Source of the DNA: Clostridia bacterium
Lineage (GTDB): Bacteria > Bacillota > Clostridia > UBA1381 > UMGS1253
NCBI GenBank assembly: GCA_045578865.1
Contig: JAZNLB010000024.1
Location: 735-64,734 of the forward strand
Direction of reading: 5' to 3'
Length of the DNA stretch: 64,000 bases
The notes beneath the pieces are model-generated. The model searched no databases. It was given only the letters and a program-made list of their open reading frames with translations, and was not told the DNA's origin. The position numbers and the translations under genes are program-made. How positions within the stretch are numbered: position 1 is the first letter of the stretch; every line of letters starts with the position of its first letter. Positions 49,166 through 56,513 of the stretch are shown one piece after another.

Positions 49166-49828
49166 TTATCTCAGCGGCATAACATAAATATAAGTAAAGA
49201 TGTAAAACATTGCCGCCGCAAGCACCACAAACAAATGCCAGACAGCATGCATAAACCTGGGGTGCGTCGCACGGTAAAACAATATGCCACCTGTGTACGA
49301 AATTCCGCCGCCGAACATCAGCCCCCACGCAAGCCAGTCTCTGCCAATCATTTTTGCCACAGGAAAAATAGCAACAATCACACACCAGCCCATTAAAACA
49401 TACATCCACAGTGAAAGTTTGTGCCATTTGGTAACGCTGATTGCATTGAGCGTGATACCCAAAATGCCCACACCGACTTCAATACCAAACAAGGTCCATC
49501 CGAGCCAACCTCTTATCATCGCAAGCGAAATCGGGATATATGTACCCACAATGAGCAAAAAGATAGAACAATGGTCGAATACCTGAAATACCCTTTTTGC
49601 CTTATGATTTGTCAAAGAATGATAAAGCGTAGACATCGTAAACAGTACAATCATCGTAAATCCATATAAGGCAGCACTGACTATACCGACAGCATCACTG
49701 ACCTTGCAGGCGCGCACAATCAAAACTGCCGTTCCCGCAATCGCCAAAAGTGCACCGACACCGTGCGTAATTGCATTAAATATCTCTTCTCCCACGGTTT
49801 GGTTGTTGAATTTTTTTACATCTGTCAC
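49166..49828 (-). CDS. Hemolysin III family (PAQR/YplQ-like) membrane protein
   Basis: Seven TM segments. EEIFNAITHGVGALLAI..., STLYHS, FDHCSIFLLIVGTY, and a C-terminal HAVWHLFVV. Confidence 0.88.
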   Translation of the reverse strand: MTDVKKFNNQTVGEEIFNAITHGVGALLAIAGTAVLIVRACKVSDAVGIVSAALYGFTMIVLFTMSTLYHSLTNHKAKRVFQVFDHCSIFLLIVGTYIPISLAMIRGWLGWTLFGIEVGVGILGITLNAISVTKWHKLSLWMYVLMGWCVIVAIFPVAKMIGRDWLAWGLMFGGGISYTGGILFYRATHPRFMHAVWHLFVVLAAAMFYIFTYIYVMPLR

Positions 49829-49984
49829 TGTAACTCCTCCAATCTGATTTTCATTATTATATCACAGGTTATTTAAAAACGCAATATAAAATATTATTTA
49901 TTATTGTTGTTTAAATAAAAAGTTTGCGTTCTTGCAGTTTTGTAGCCAAACACATTCGCAACCCCATGTATTTTGCGCTTTTTC

Positions 49985-50013
49985 TTGACTTTTTTTATCG
50001 AAAAAGATATAAT
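49985..50013 (+). promoter_or_regulatory. Sigma-A promoter of sigH
   Basis: TTGACT (49985-49990), 17-nt spacer, TATAAT (50008-50013). Confidence 0.7.
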
Positions 50014-50087
50014 ATAAGCAATTAAACATTTTTATTTGAAAGTTTTCTTCCCGCATGCACTATAACCGAAAGCGTTGAGGTGTAATT

Positions 50088-50717
50088 ATGGCAATCAAAA
50101 ACGCAACATCTCCATTTGCTGAGCAAACGGACGAGGAAGTTGCATCGTTAGCTCAAAGCGGCAACAAAGCCGCTGTTGAATATATATTGGATAAATATAA
50201 AGGTCTGGTTAAAGCGCGTGCACGCACCTATTTTTTAATCGGTGCAGATTCCGAAGATTTAATTCAGGAAGGCATGATTGGTCTGTTTAAGGCCATCCGA
50301 GATTTCAATGCGAAAAAGCAAGTCGGCTTTGCCGCTTTTGCGGATGTTTGTACAACAAGGCAGATCGTCACTGCCGTAAAAACAGCAACCAGACAAAAAC
50401 ACTCTCCGCTCAACAATTATGTTTCTTTCCATAAAAAGATTTCAAATGAGGATTCAGAAAAAACCATTCTCGACTGTTTGTCAGAAACACTCATTGCCGA
50501 CCCGGAACAGATTGTAATCAATCAAGAATCCTTTGAAAGCATACGCAGGAAAATCAACAGCATTTTAAGCGATTTTGAAATGCAGGTTTTAGAACTGTAT
50601 CTGGCAGGCAACAGTTACCAGCAAATCGCCGAAACATTAGGCAAAAGTGCAAAATCTATCGATAACGCCCTGCAGCGCACCAAACGCAAAATCGAAGATG
50701 GTTTGGCACAAATCTGA
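50088..50717 (+). CDS. sigH: RNA polymerase sporulation-initiation sigma factor SigH
   Basis: ...YILDKYKGLVKARARTYFLIGADSEDLIQEGMIGLFKAIRDFN...FAAFADVCTTRQIVTAVKTATRQKHSPLN... is the characteristic SigH region 2, followed by a region 4 HTH. Confidence 0.88.
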   Translation: MAIKNATSPFAEQTDEEVASLAQSGNKAAVEYILDKYKGLVKARARTYFLIGADSEDLIQEGMIGLFKAIRDFNAKKQVGFAAFADVCTTRQIVTAVKTATRQKHSPLNNYVSFHKKISNEDSEKTILDCLSETLIADPEQIVINQESFESIRRKINSILSDFEMQVLELYLAGNSYQQIAETLGKSAKSIDNALQRTKRKIEDGLAQI

Positions 50718-50774
50718 TAAAGTCCATTACCTTAAATTTAAGGCGGAGCAATATAACAAAAGAGAGGGATTACT

Positions 50775-51047
50775 ATGTACGAAGACAAGACACTTGTGTG
50801 TAAAGACTGCGGAAACGAGTTCGTTTTCACAGCGGGCGAGCAGGAATTTTATGCAGAAAAAGGCTTCGAAAACGAGCCTTCCCGCTGCAAAGACTGCAGA
50901 GCTGCATACAAAGCCGCTAGACGCCAGGCGCGTGAAATGCACGATGTAGTATGTGCAGAATGCGGCAAGGAAACACAGGTACCGTTTATGCCGAAAAACG
51001 ACAGACCGGTTTACTGTGACGAATGTTTTGCAAAGCGCAGAGGTTAA
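50775..51047 (+). CDS. CxxC-x17-CxxC zinc-ribbon domain protein (duplicated motif)
   Basis: LVCKDCGNEFVFTAGEQEFYAEKGFENEPSRCKDC and VVCAECGKETQVPFMPKNDRPVYCDEC. 90 aa. Confidence 0.75.
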   Translation: MYEDKTLVCKDCGNEFVFTAGEQEFYAEKGFENEPSRCKDCRAAYKAARRQAREMHDVVCAECGKETQVPFMPKNDRPVYCDECFAKRRG

Positions 51048-51055
51048 TGAAGAAG

Positions 51056-51087
51056 AAAAAGCGTATTGTCCTGCAATACGCTTTTTA
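51056..51087 (+). terminator. Rho-independent terminator
   Basis: AAAAAGCGTATTG-TCCTG-CAATACGCTTTTT. Confidence 0.85.
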
Positions 51088-51106
51088 ACTGTCTCGGAGA
51101 AAAAAT

Positions 51107-51889
51107 ATGTTGGAAATCACCGCAAAAACAAACAAAATCTATAAACAGTTCAGTTCTTTAGCAACCAAAAAGGGCAGAAACGAACACGGACTATACACCG
51201 TAGAAGGTGTGAAATCCGTAGAAGAAGCATTACTTTATACAAATAATGTAACAACCCTGATGGTAACCCGGTCGGCAGCAAAGGCACACGCCACGCTCGT
51301 CGCCGAAGCGCAAAAGCGCGGCATTGCCATCTATTGCCTTACGGAAGAACTGTTTGCAAAAATCAGCGACACAAAAACCCCGTCCGGTGTACTGTGTGGC
51401 ATCAAAATGGCACAAACCTCCAAGCCAACCCTTGACGGCGGTTTGTATATTTACTGTGACCGCATTGCCGACCCGGGAAATGCCGGAACCATCATCCGCA
51501 CTGCGGATGCCGTAGGTGCAAGCGGCGTTCTGTTCTCCCCGGACTGTGTGGATATCTATAACCCAAAAGTAATTCGTTCTACGATGGGTTCTTTTTTTCA
51601 TCTCCCCACTTATACTGATGTAGACAGTAAAATTTTTTTGCAGGCAAAAGAAAAAGGCTACACCTGTATTGCCGGTGCCCTTTCCGCCACCGCAACGGAT
51701 GCGCGCCTTCTTGTGATGCCGAAAAACACGATTTTAGTCATCGGCAACGAATCGAACGGCATTAGCGAAACCGTATTGAATTTGTGTGGTACGCATGCTA
51801 TCTTGCCCATTGTAGGTAAAGCAGAATCCCTCAATGCTGCTGCAGCTGCCGCAGTATTTATGTACAAGTGGTTATTCGAGCAAAAATAG
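51107..51889 (+). CDS. TrmH-family (SpoU) RNA 2'-O-methyltransferase
   Basis: SpoU motifs GNAGTIIRTADA, LVIGNESNGIS and IPIVGKAESLNAAAAAAV, plus an N-terminal substrate-binding domain. Confidence 0.85.
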   Translation: MLEITAKTNKIYKQFSSLATKKGRNEHGLYTVEGVKSVEEALLYTNNVTTLMVTRSAAKAHATLVAEAQKRGIAIYCLTEELFAKISDTKTPSGVLCGIKMAQTSKPTLDGGLYIYCDRIADPGNAGTIIRTADAVGASGVLFSPDCVDIYNPKVIRSTMGSFFHLPTYTDVDSKIFLQAKEKGYTCIAGALSATATDARLLVMPKNTILVIGNESNGISETVLNLCGTHAILPIVGKAESLNAAAAAAVFMYKWLFEQK

Positions 51890-52004
51890 TAGACAAAATT
51901 TTGCAACATATTTTGTGAAAATTGCCGTATTTTTGCTTTTTTACTTGCATTGGTGTTTGCAAAAAGTTATACTGAGTATACAAAAACTTCAACTGAGGTG
52001 ACTT

Positions 52005-52376
52005 ATGAAATTCACGATTGCACATAATAACATTACTGTTTTGGACTTAGAAAAAAGTCTGACTTTTTACAAAGAAGCATTGGATTTGGATGTCCAAAAA
52101 ACCATCGAGCCGGAGGACGGCAGTTTTAAAATTGTTTATTTGACCGACGGCAGCAGTGCCCACAAGCTGGAACTGACCTGGTATCGCGATAAAAACGAAC
52201 CATGGAACCTTGGCGACAATGAAATTCACACTGCCTTCATCGTAGACGATTTCGATAGTGCATATACGCATCACAGTGCTATGGGTTGCATCTGCTACGA
52301 AAACCAGGCAATGGGCATTTACTTTATTGCAGACCCCGACGGCTACTGGATTGAGATTTTACCTGCGAACAAATAA
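52005..52376 (+). CDS. VOC family protein (glyoxalase I-like)
   Basis: 123 aa. HNNITVLDLEKSLTFYKEAL...LELTWY...HTAF...DPDGYWIEIL is a glyoxalase/bleomycin-resistance fold pattern. Confidence 0.75.
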   Translation: MKFTIAHNNITVLDLEKSLTFYKEALDLDVQKTIEPEDGSFKIVYLTDGSSAHKLELTWYRDKNEPWNLGDNEIHTAFIVDDFDSAYTHHSAMGCICYENQAMGIYFIADPDGYWIEILPANK

Positions 52377-52397
52377 CATGGAAAGAAGGAATATACA

Positions 52398-53027
52398 ATG
52401 AATGCAAAATTACATGTGATGGACCACCCGCTCATTCTCCACAAGATTTCGATGCTCCGTGACAAAAACACCTCCGTTAAGGATTTCCGCGAACTCGTAT
52501 ACGAGATTTCCCTGCTGATGGGCTACGAAGCAACACGCGATCTTCCGCTCGTTGACTATCCGGTAGAAACACCGATTTGCAAAACGACCGGTAAGGTAAT
52601 CGATAAGCAAGTTGCCATTGTGCCGATTCTGCGTGCAGGTCTCGGTATGGTAGATGCGATTATGAGCTTCCTGCCGGCGGCTAAAATCGGCCACATTGGT
52701 TTGTATCGTGACCACGATACACACGAGCCGGTTGAATACTACTGCAAACTTCCCAAAGATGTTGACGCGCGTCAGGTTATCGTAACCGACCCGATGCTCG
52801 CAACCGGCGGCAGCGCGGCTGCAGCGATTGATTTTATCAAGCAACGCGGTGCAAAACGCATTAAACTGATGTGCATTATCGCTGCGCCGGAAGGTGTCGA
52901 GGCGGTGGCAAAAGCACATCCGGATGTGGAAATCTATGTAGGCGCACTCGACGAAAAGCTCAACGAAAACAAATACATTGTTCCGGGTCTCGGCGACGCG
53001 GGCGACAGACTGTTCGGCACACTGTAA
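52398..53027 (+). CDS. upp: Uracil phosphoribosyltransferase
   Basis: ...[19 protein letters not shown]...[10 protein letters not shown]...[12 protein letters not shown]...[16 protein letters not shown]. Confidence 0.95.
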   Translation: MNAKLHVMDHPLILHKISMLRDKNTSVKDFRELVYEISLLMGYEATRDLPLVDYPVETPICKTTGKVIDKQVAIVPILRAGLGMVDAIMSFLPAAKIGHIGLYRDHDTHEPVEYYCKLPKDVDARQVIVTDPMLATGGSAAAAIDFIKQRGAKRIKLMCIIAAPEGVEAVAKAHPDVEIYVGALDEKLNENKYIVPGLGDAGDRLFGTL

Positions 53028-54049
53028 TGCGATACAAAAATTTACCAAAATGCCTATCGTTTCTTGCGATAGGCATCCTCATTATACTCATTTTGGCATA
53101 CAACTTACAGACACCGAAATCGAAGACGAAAAGTGTTTTTGCACTCAATACTTATGTGACGGTAACGGTCTACGGACAAGATGCACAAAATTTATGTACA
53201 CAAGCTATTAACCTGGTTACAGAGGCAGAAAAAACATTTAGCGCATATCACAAAGACAGCGAGTTGTATAAGCTAAACACATTGCATCAAAAAGATGTGC
53301 CCTACCCCGTATCGGATGAATTGTTTTTTGTGTTAGACGAAGCATTAAAAGTGTGCAAGCAAACGCAGGGGAAATTTGACATTACCATAAAACCGCTTTC
53401 GGATTTGTGGAGCATCACCGAAAATCCACACCTGCCTTCACCAATCGAAATTGAAAACACATTGCCAAGGGTAGACTATCGCGCAGTTACATTAGATGCT
53501 GCCACCAAAACCGTAACCATGCACAAAGATGGTATGGCGCTCGATTTGGGCGGTATTGCAAAAGGCTATATCGCAGACAAACTTACGAAAGCACTTTCGG
53601 ATGCCTATGGTGCAACCATTGATTTAGGCGGCAACATCGTCGTTCTCGGAAAGCATAAAGACGGTTGGAAAATCGGTGTGCAAACACCGTTTGCCGATGC
53701 AGGTATGTATACCGCCATTGTAAAAGCGCCGTCCGGAGAAGCAACAACCGTAGTTACCTCCGGTGCGTACGAACGCAATTTTGTGCACGATGGAAAGTTG
53801 TATCATCACATTTTCAATCCTTCAACCGGTTATCCGGCTGAAAGTGAAACAGAAAGCATCTCCGTCATCGGCAAAACATCTTTGACCGCCGATGCCTTTT
53901 CGACCTATTTGTTTATGCTCGCACCCGAAGATGCGATTACCTTTGCAAAAACCAACGGTTTTGATGTTCTGATTCAGACAAAGGACAAAAAGATATATAC
54001 AACACTAACCGAGTACAACATAATCGACAATGCCTATAATGTACAATGA
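53027..54049 (+). CDS. apbE: FAD:protein FMN transferase (ApbE family), membrane-anchored
   Basis: N-terminal anchor. ...FALNTYVTVTVYG..., SELYKLN, DLGGIAKGY, TSGAYERNF..HHIFNPSTGYP. The ATG overlaps the upp stop (TAATG). Confidence 0.85.
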   Translation: MRYKNLPKCLSFLAIGILIILILAYNLQTPKSKTKSVFALNTYVTVTVYGQDAQNLCTQAINLVTEAEKTFSAYHKDSELYKLNTLHQKDVPYPVSDELFFVLDEALKVCKQTQGKFDITIKPLSDLWSITENPHLPSPIEIENTLPRVDYRAVTLDAATKTVTMHKDGMALDLGGIAKGYIADKLTKALSDAYGATIDLGGNIVVLGKHKDGWKIGVQTPFADAGMYTAIVKAPSGEATTVVTSGAYERNFVHDGKLYHHIFNPSTGYPAESETESISVIGKTSLTADAFSTYLFMLAPEDAITFAKTNGFDVLIQTKDKKIYTTLTEYNIIDNAYNVQ

Positions 54050-54051
54050 AA

Positions 54052-54111
54052 AAATCCGAGTTTAAGGCGTTTTATCCCAAATTGAAGACGCCCTTAAACT
54101 CGGATTTTTTT
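54052..54111. terminator. Bidirectional terminator (apbE and the convergent small Cys-rich gene)
   Basis: AAAAAATCCGAGTTTAAGG...CCCTTAAACTCGGATTTTTTT, with long imperfect arms. Confidence 0.75.
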
Positions 54112-54277
54112 ATTCCCCTTCACCCTTCATGATTTCATCAATTAAAATTTCATAATACTCCGCATCTGTCAGATGCAAGCACCGTTCGCAGTTATCGCAA
54201 ATCTTATTTTCATCCAGCTCGCAAATACAATCACCGCAATTTGTGCATGTTTTATCTTCATAAATACATTTTTTCAT
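54110..54277 (-). CDS. Small Cys-rich acidic protein (55 aa), divergent from lexA
   Basis: MKKCIYEDKTCTNCGDCICELDENKICDNCERCLHLTDAEYYEILIDEIMKGEGE: 8 Cys in the first 33 residues. ATG at 54277 preceded by AAAGGTG with an 8-nt spacer. Confidence 0.55.
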   Translation of the reverse strand: MKKCIYEDKTCTNCGDCICELDENKICDNCERCLHLTDAEYYEILIDEIMKGEGE

Positions 54278-54325
54278 CAAAAATACACCTTTTTCTATAT
54301 TTTTCAGCTTTTTTCGAAAATTTGT

Positions 54326-54354
54326 TTGCTTTTTCAAAAAAGATATGTTACAAT
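54326..54354 (+). promoter_or_regulatory. Sigma-A promoter of lexA
   Basis: TTGCTT (54326-54331), 17-nt spacer, TACAAT (54349-54354). Confidence 0.65.
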
Positions 54355-54362
54355 AATTTTGA

Positions 54363-54374
54363 GCACATATGTTC
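54363..54374. promoter_or_regulatory. LexA (SOS/Cheo) box
   Basis: GCACATATGTTC, which on the minus strand reads GAACATATGTGC. One mismatch to the Firmicute core GAAC-N4-GTTC. Lies immediately downstream of both divergent -10 boxes. Confidence 0.7.
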
Positions 54375-54381
54375 TGTTATG

Positions 54382-54410
54382 ATTATAACAGAAATCATTT
54401 GCCATCGCAA
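54382..54410 (-). promoter_or_regulatory. Sigma-A promoter of the small Cys-rich gene
   Basis: On the minus strand, TTGCGA (54410-54405), 17-nt spacer, TATAAT (54387-54382). The SOS box starts 8 nt downstream. Confidence 0.6.
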
Positions 54411-54456
54411 GCATATTTTATGGTATAAACTGAATTTTTATAAGGAGGCGTTTTCC

Positions 54457-55131
54457 TTGCCGAGAACATCTGATAAAGGAGAAAAAATTTTGAAGTTTAT
54501 TTCCGAACAGACAAAGACAAAGGGTTATCCCCCGTCTGTACGCGAAATCGGTAATGCTGTCGGTTTGAGTTCCACCTCTACCGTACACGCACAACTCAAA
54601 AAGCTGCGTGATGCAGGCTTTTTGGAAAAAGACAACGACAAAACGCGCGCACTTAAATTAACACCGAAATATTATGATGCCTACGAAGAAGGCGCTCCGG
54701 CAGAAGATATGTTGGGCACATCCTCATTTGACCGTTTTTACGAAAAGGTGCAATCTGAATTTTTGCAGGTTCCCGTACTCGGTCGCGTTGCGGCTGGCCA
54801 GCCGATTTTAGCCGTAGAAGAAGCAACAGAGAGTTTCCCTCTTCCGATGCGTTTTGCAAGAAACAAGGACTTGTTTATGCTTACGGTTTCCGGTGAATCC
54901 ATGATTGAGGCCGCCATTTTAGACGGCGACTATGTTATCGTAGAACGCCAGCAAACTGCAAACAACGGCGATATCGTTGTTGCATTGGTAGACGATTCCG
55001 CAACTGTAAAAACCTTCTACAAAGAAAACGGGCATTTCCGCCTGCAACCGGAAAATTCCTCTATGGATCCGATTATCGTAAACGAGGTTATGATATTAGG
55101 TAAAGTAGTCGGTGTATTTCGAAGTATGTAA
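54457..55131 (+). CDS. lexA: LexA repressor
   Basis: Winged HTH ...GYPPSVREIGNAVGLSSTSTVHAQLKKLRDAGFLEKD.... Cleavage and S24 peptidase region VAAGQPILA, VSGESMIEAAILDGDYVIV, ATVKTF. TTG start at 54457 after AAGGAGG. The linker is about 20 aa longer than usual. Confidence 0.92.
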   Translation: MPRTSDKGEKILKFISEQTKTKGYPPSVREIGNAVGLSSTSTVHAQLKKLRDAGFLEKDNDKTRALKLTPKYYDAYEEGAPAEDMLGTSSFDRFYEKVQSEFLQVPVLGRVAAGQPILAVEEATESFPLPMRFARNKDLFMLTVSGESMIEAAILDGDYVIVERQQTANNGDIVVALVDDSATVKTFYKENGHFRLQPENSSMDPIIVNEVMILGKVVGVFRSM

Positions 55132-55139
55132 AAATTTTT

Positions 55140-55170
55140 ATAGCCTTGGCAAATGCCAAGGCTATTTTAC
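55140..55170. terminator. Bidirectional terminator (lexA and the convergent XRE gene)
   Basis: TAGCCTTGGCA-AA-TGCCAAGGCTA followed by TTTT. Confidence 0.85.
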
Positions 55171-55173
55171 TAT

Positions 55174-55494
55174 CTATAATAATTTAATCGCTTTTAACAT
55201 ACCTAATACACGTTGCTGTTCATCATGATTTAACTCACGATATAAATGCAACAACTCATTTTCATTCTTTTCCTGTTCCGCATCCTCATTTGCTGTATAT
55301 CGAACATCGCTATACCCCACCAAATAATCTACGGACACATTAAAAAACTTTGCAAAAACCTTTAATGTTTCAATGCTGGGCTGATATTTCCCCTTCTCAT
55401 AAAAACTAATCATATTTTGAGTCATATTCAATTTCATTGCCAGCGCAGTTTGCGTCATATTTTTCTCTTTTCGCAATTCAGCAAGCCGCTTCAT
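55174..55494 (-). CDS. XRE-family HTH repressor (phage cI/Cro-like)
   Basis: LAELRKEKNMTQTALAMKLNMTQNMISFYEKGKYQPSIETLKVFAKFFNVSVDYLVGYSD. AGAGGGTG RBS. Lies in a low-GC stretch. Confidence 0.8.
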   Translation of the reverse strand: MKRLAELRKEKNMTQTALAMKLNMTQNMISFYEKGKYQPSIETLKVFAKFFNVSVDYLVGYSDVRYTANEDAEQEKNENELLHLYRELNHDEQQRVLGMLKAIKLL

Positions 55495-55545
55495 CCAAAC
55501 ACCCTCTTAACTTATCATATCTACTTATAATTATATAAGTTTTAC

Positions 55546-55604
55546 TTGACACAAATATTAGTTTTCTTTATAATAATATAAGCTATGCTAGTATTATTAT
55601 AAAG
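55546..55604 (+). promoter_or_regulatory. Consensus promoter overlapped by a perfect 13-bp inverted repeat (candidate XRE operator)
   Basis: TTGACA (55546-55551), 17-nt spacer, TATAAT (55569-55574). Inverted repeat CTTTATAATAATA (55566-55578) / TATTATTATAAAG (55592-55604). A related CTTATAATTATATAAG lies at 55524-55539. Confidence 0.7.
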
Positions 55605-55620
55605 AAAAAGTTTGAGGTTT

Positions 55621-56484
55621 ATGATGAAAAGAGTGTTTTCACTATTACGAAAAATTTATAATATGAACGATAAGAATATATTGGCATTTATGCAAAAAGT
55701 TAACGAAAAAGCCTGTTCTATAGGTATGTCAAATTCTCATTTTTCAACGCCCTCCGGCATCGGCAATAAAAAATACAACACCACAACCGCAAGAGATTTA
55801 CTGAAACTGGTTCTTGCGCTTTCCCAAAACAAAATACTCGATAAAATATGGCGAAAAAAGACCATATATATACATACAAAAGGTAATCATCCAAGAGTAA
55901 TACCCATAGAAAGCACTTTGAAAAACGCCGAAGTTGGCTGTACTTATCAACTTGTGGCCGGAAAAACCGGCTCTTGGGCGAATATTTTTCATCTAGCGGC
56001 TATCACAGAAATGAAGGGTGTACAAGTCATCGGTATAGTATTAAACGCAAATACAGATACAAATAGATTTAAAGCCGTTGAAGAATTATTTACAATATCT
56101 TCTGCAATCTTAAGTAATTCGGATATGAAACCAAAAACAGATTCAGTTCTGTACGCACAATCGGCAATTTCTTGTATAATACATGGTGATGCCTATGAAG
56201 TCTTGTTTGAACAAAACGCAGATGACGAACACCTTTCCGCATCGCTAACAAAACTCATCACCGCCATTACAGCATTAGACTATATTACAAATACGCAAGA
56301 ACTTTTACAAATACAGCGCATGGATTTAGTAAACGATTTACATATTTCCTTGATACATAATGATATAATTACTGTCTCGGATGCATTGTATGCTATGTTG
56401 CTCCCATCTTCAAATCAAGCTGCAACCGCTCTTGCAAGAATGGCAGGAAAACAAATACGAAAGACGAAGAAAAAAACACGGTAA
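55621..56484 (+). CDS. Serine-type D-Ala-D-Ala carboxypeptidase (S11/beta-lactamase fold) with circularly permuted motif order, no signal peptide
   Basis: The motif order in the ORF is FMQKVNEKACSIGMSNSHF - KTG (55963-55971) - SxxK (SLTK, 56242-56253) - SxN (SSN, 56407-56415). Canonical S11 order is SxxK - SxN - FVxxMNxKA - KTG. The start is ambiguous (TTG at 55612 or ATG at 55621). Confidence 0.6.
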   Translation: MMKRVFSLLRKIYNMNDKNILAFMQKVNEKACSIGMSNSHFSTPSGIGNKKYNTTTARDLLKLVLALSQNKILDKIWRKKTIYIHTKGNHPRVIPIESTLKNAEVGCTYQLVAGKTGSWANIFHLAAITEMKGVQVIGIVLNANTDTNRFKAVEELFTISSAILSNSDMKPKTDSVLYAQSAISCIIHGDAYEVLFEQNADDEHLSASLTKLITAITALDYITNTQELLQIQRMDLVNDLHISLIHNDIITVSDALYAMLLPSSNQAATALARMAGKQIRKTKKKTR

Positions 56485-56506
56485 CCATTGGTTACCGTGT
56501 TTTCTG
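56476..56506. terminator. Bidirectional terminator (S11-like gene and the convergent hydrogenase operon)
   Basis: ACACGGTAACC-ATT-GGTTACCGTGT, flanked by AAAAAA and TTTTCTGTTTT. Confidence 0.85.
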
Positions 56507-56513
56507 TTTTAAA

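Noticed and set aside
52871-53026. Upstream extension of the apbE ORF overlapping upp
   Set aside because: The extension is an Arg/Gly-rich out-of-frame read of upp. The ATG at 53027 (TAATG overlap) gives the expected membrane-anchored ApbE N-terminus.
52410-53048. 212-aa minus-strand ORF
   Set aside because: It is antisense to upp, which is clearly coding (PRPP-binding motif).
54241-54456. Upstream extension of the lexA ORF
   Set aside because: It crosses the promoters and the SOS box. The TTG at 54457 with an AAGGAGG RBS starts exactly at the conserved LexA N-terminus.
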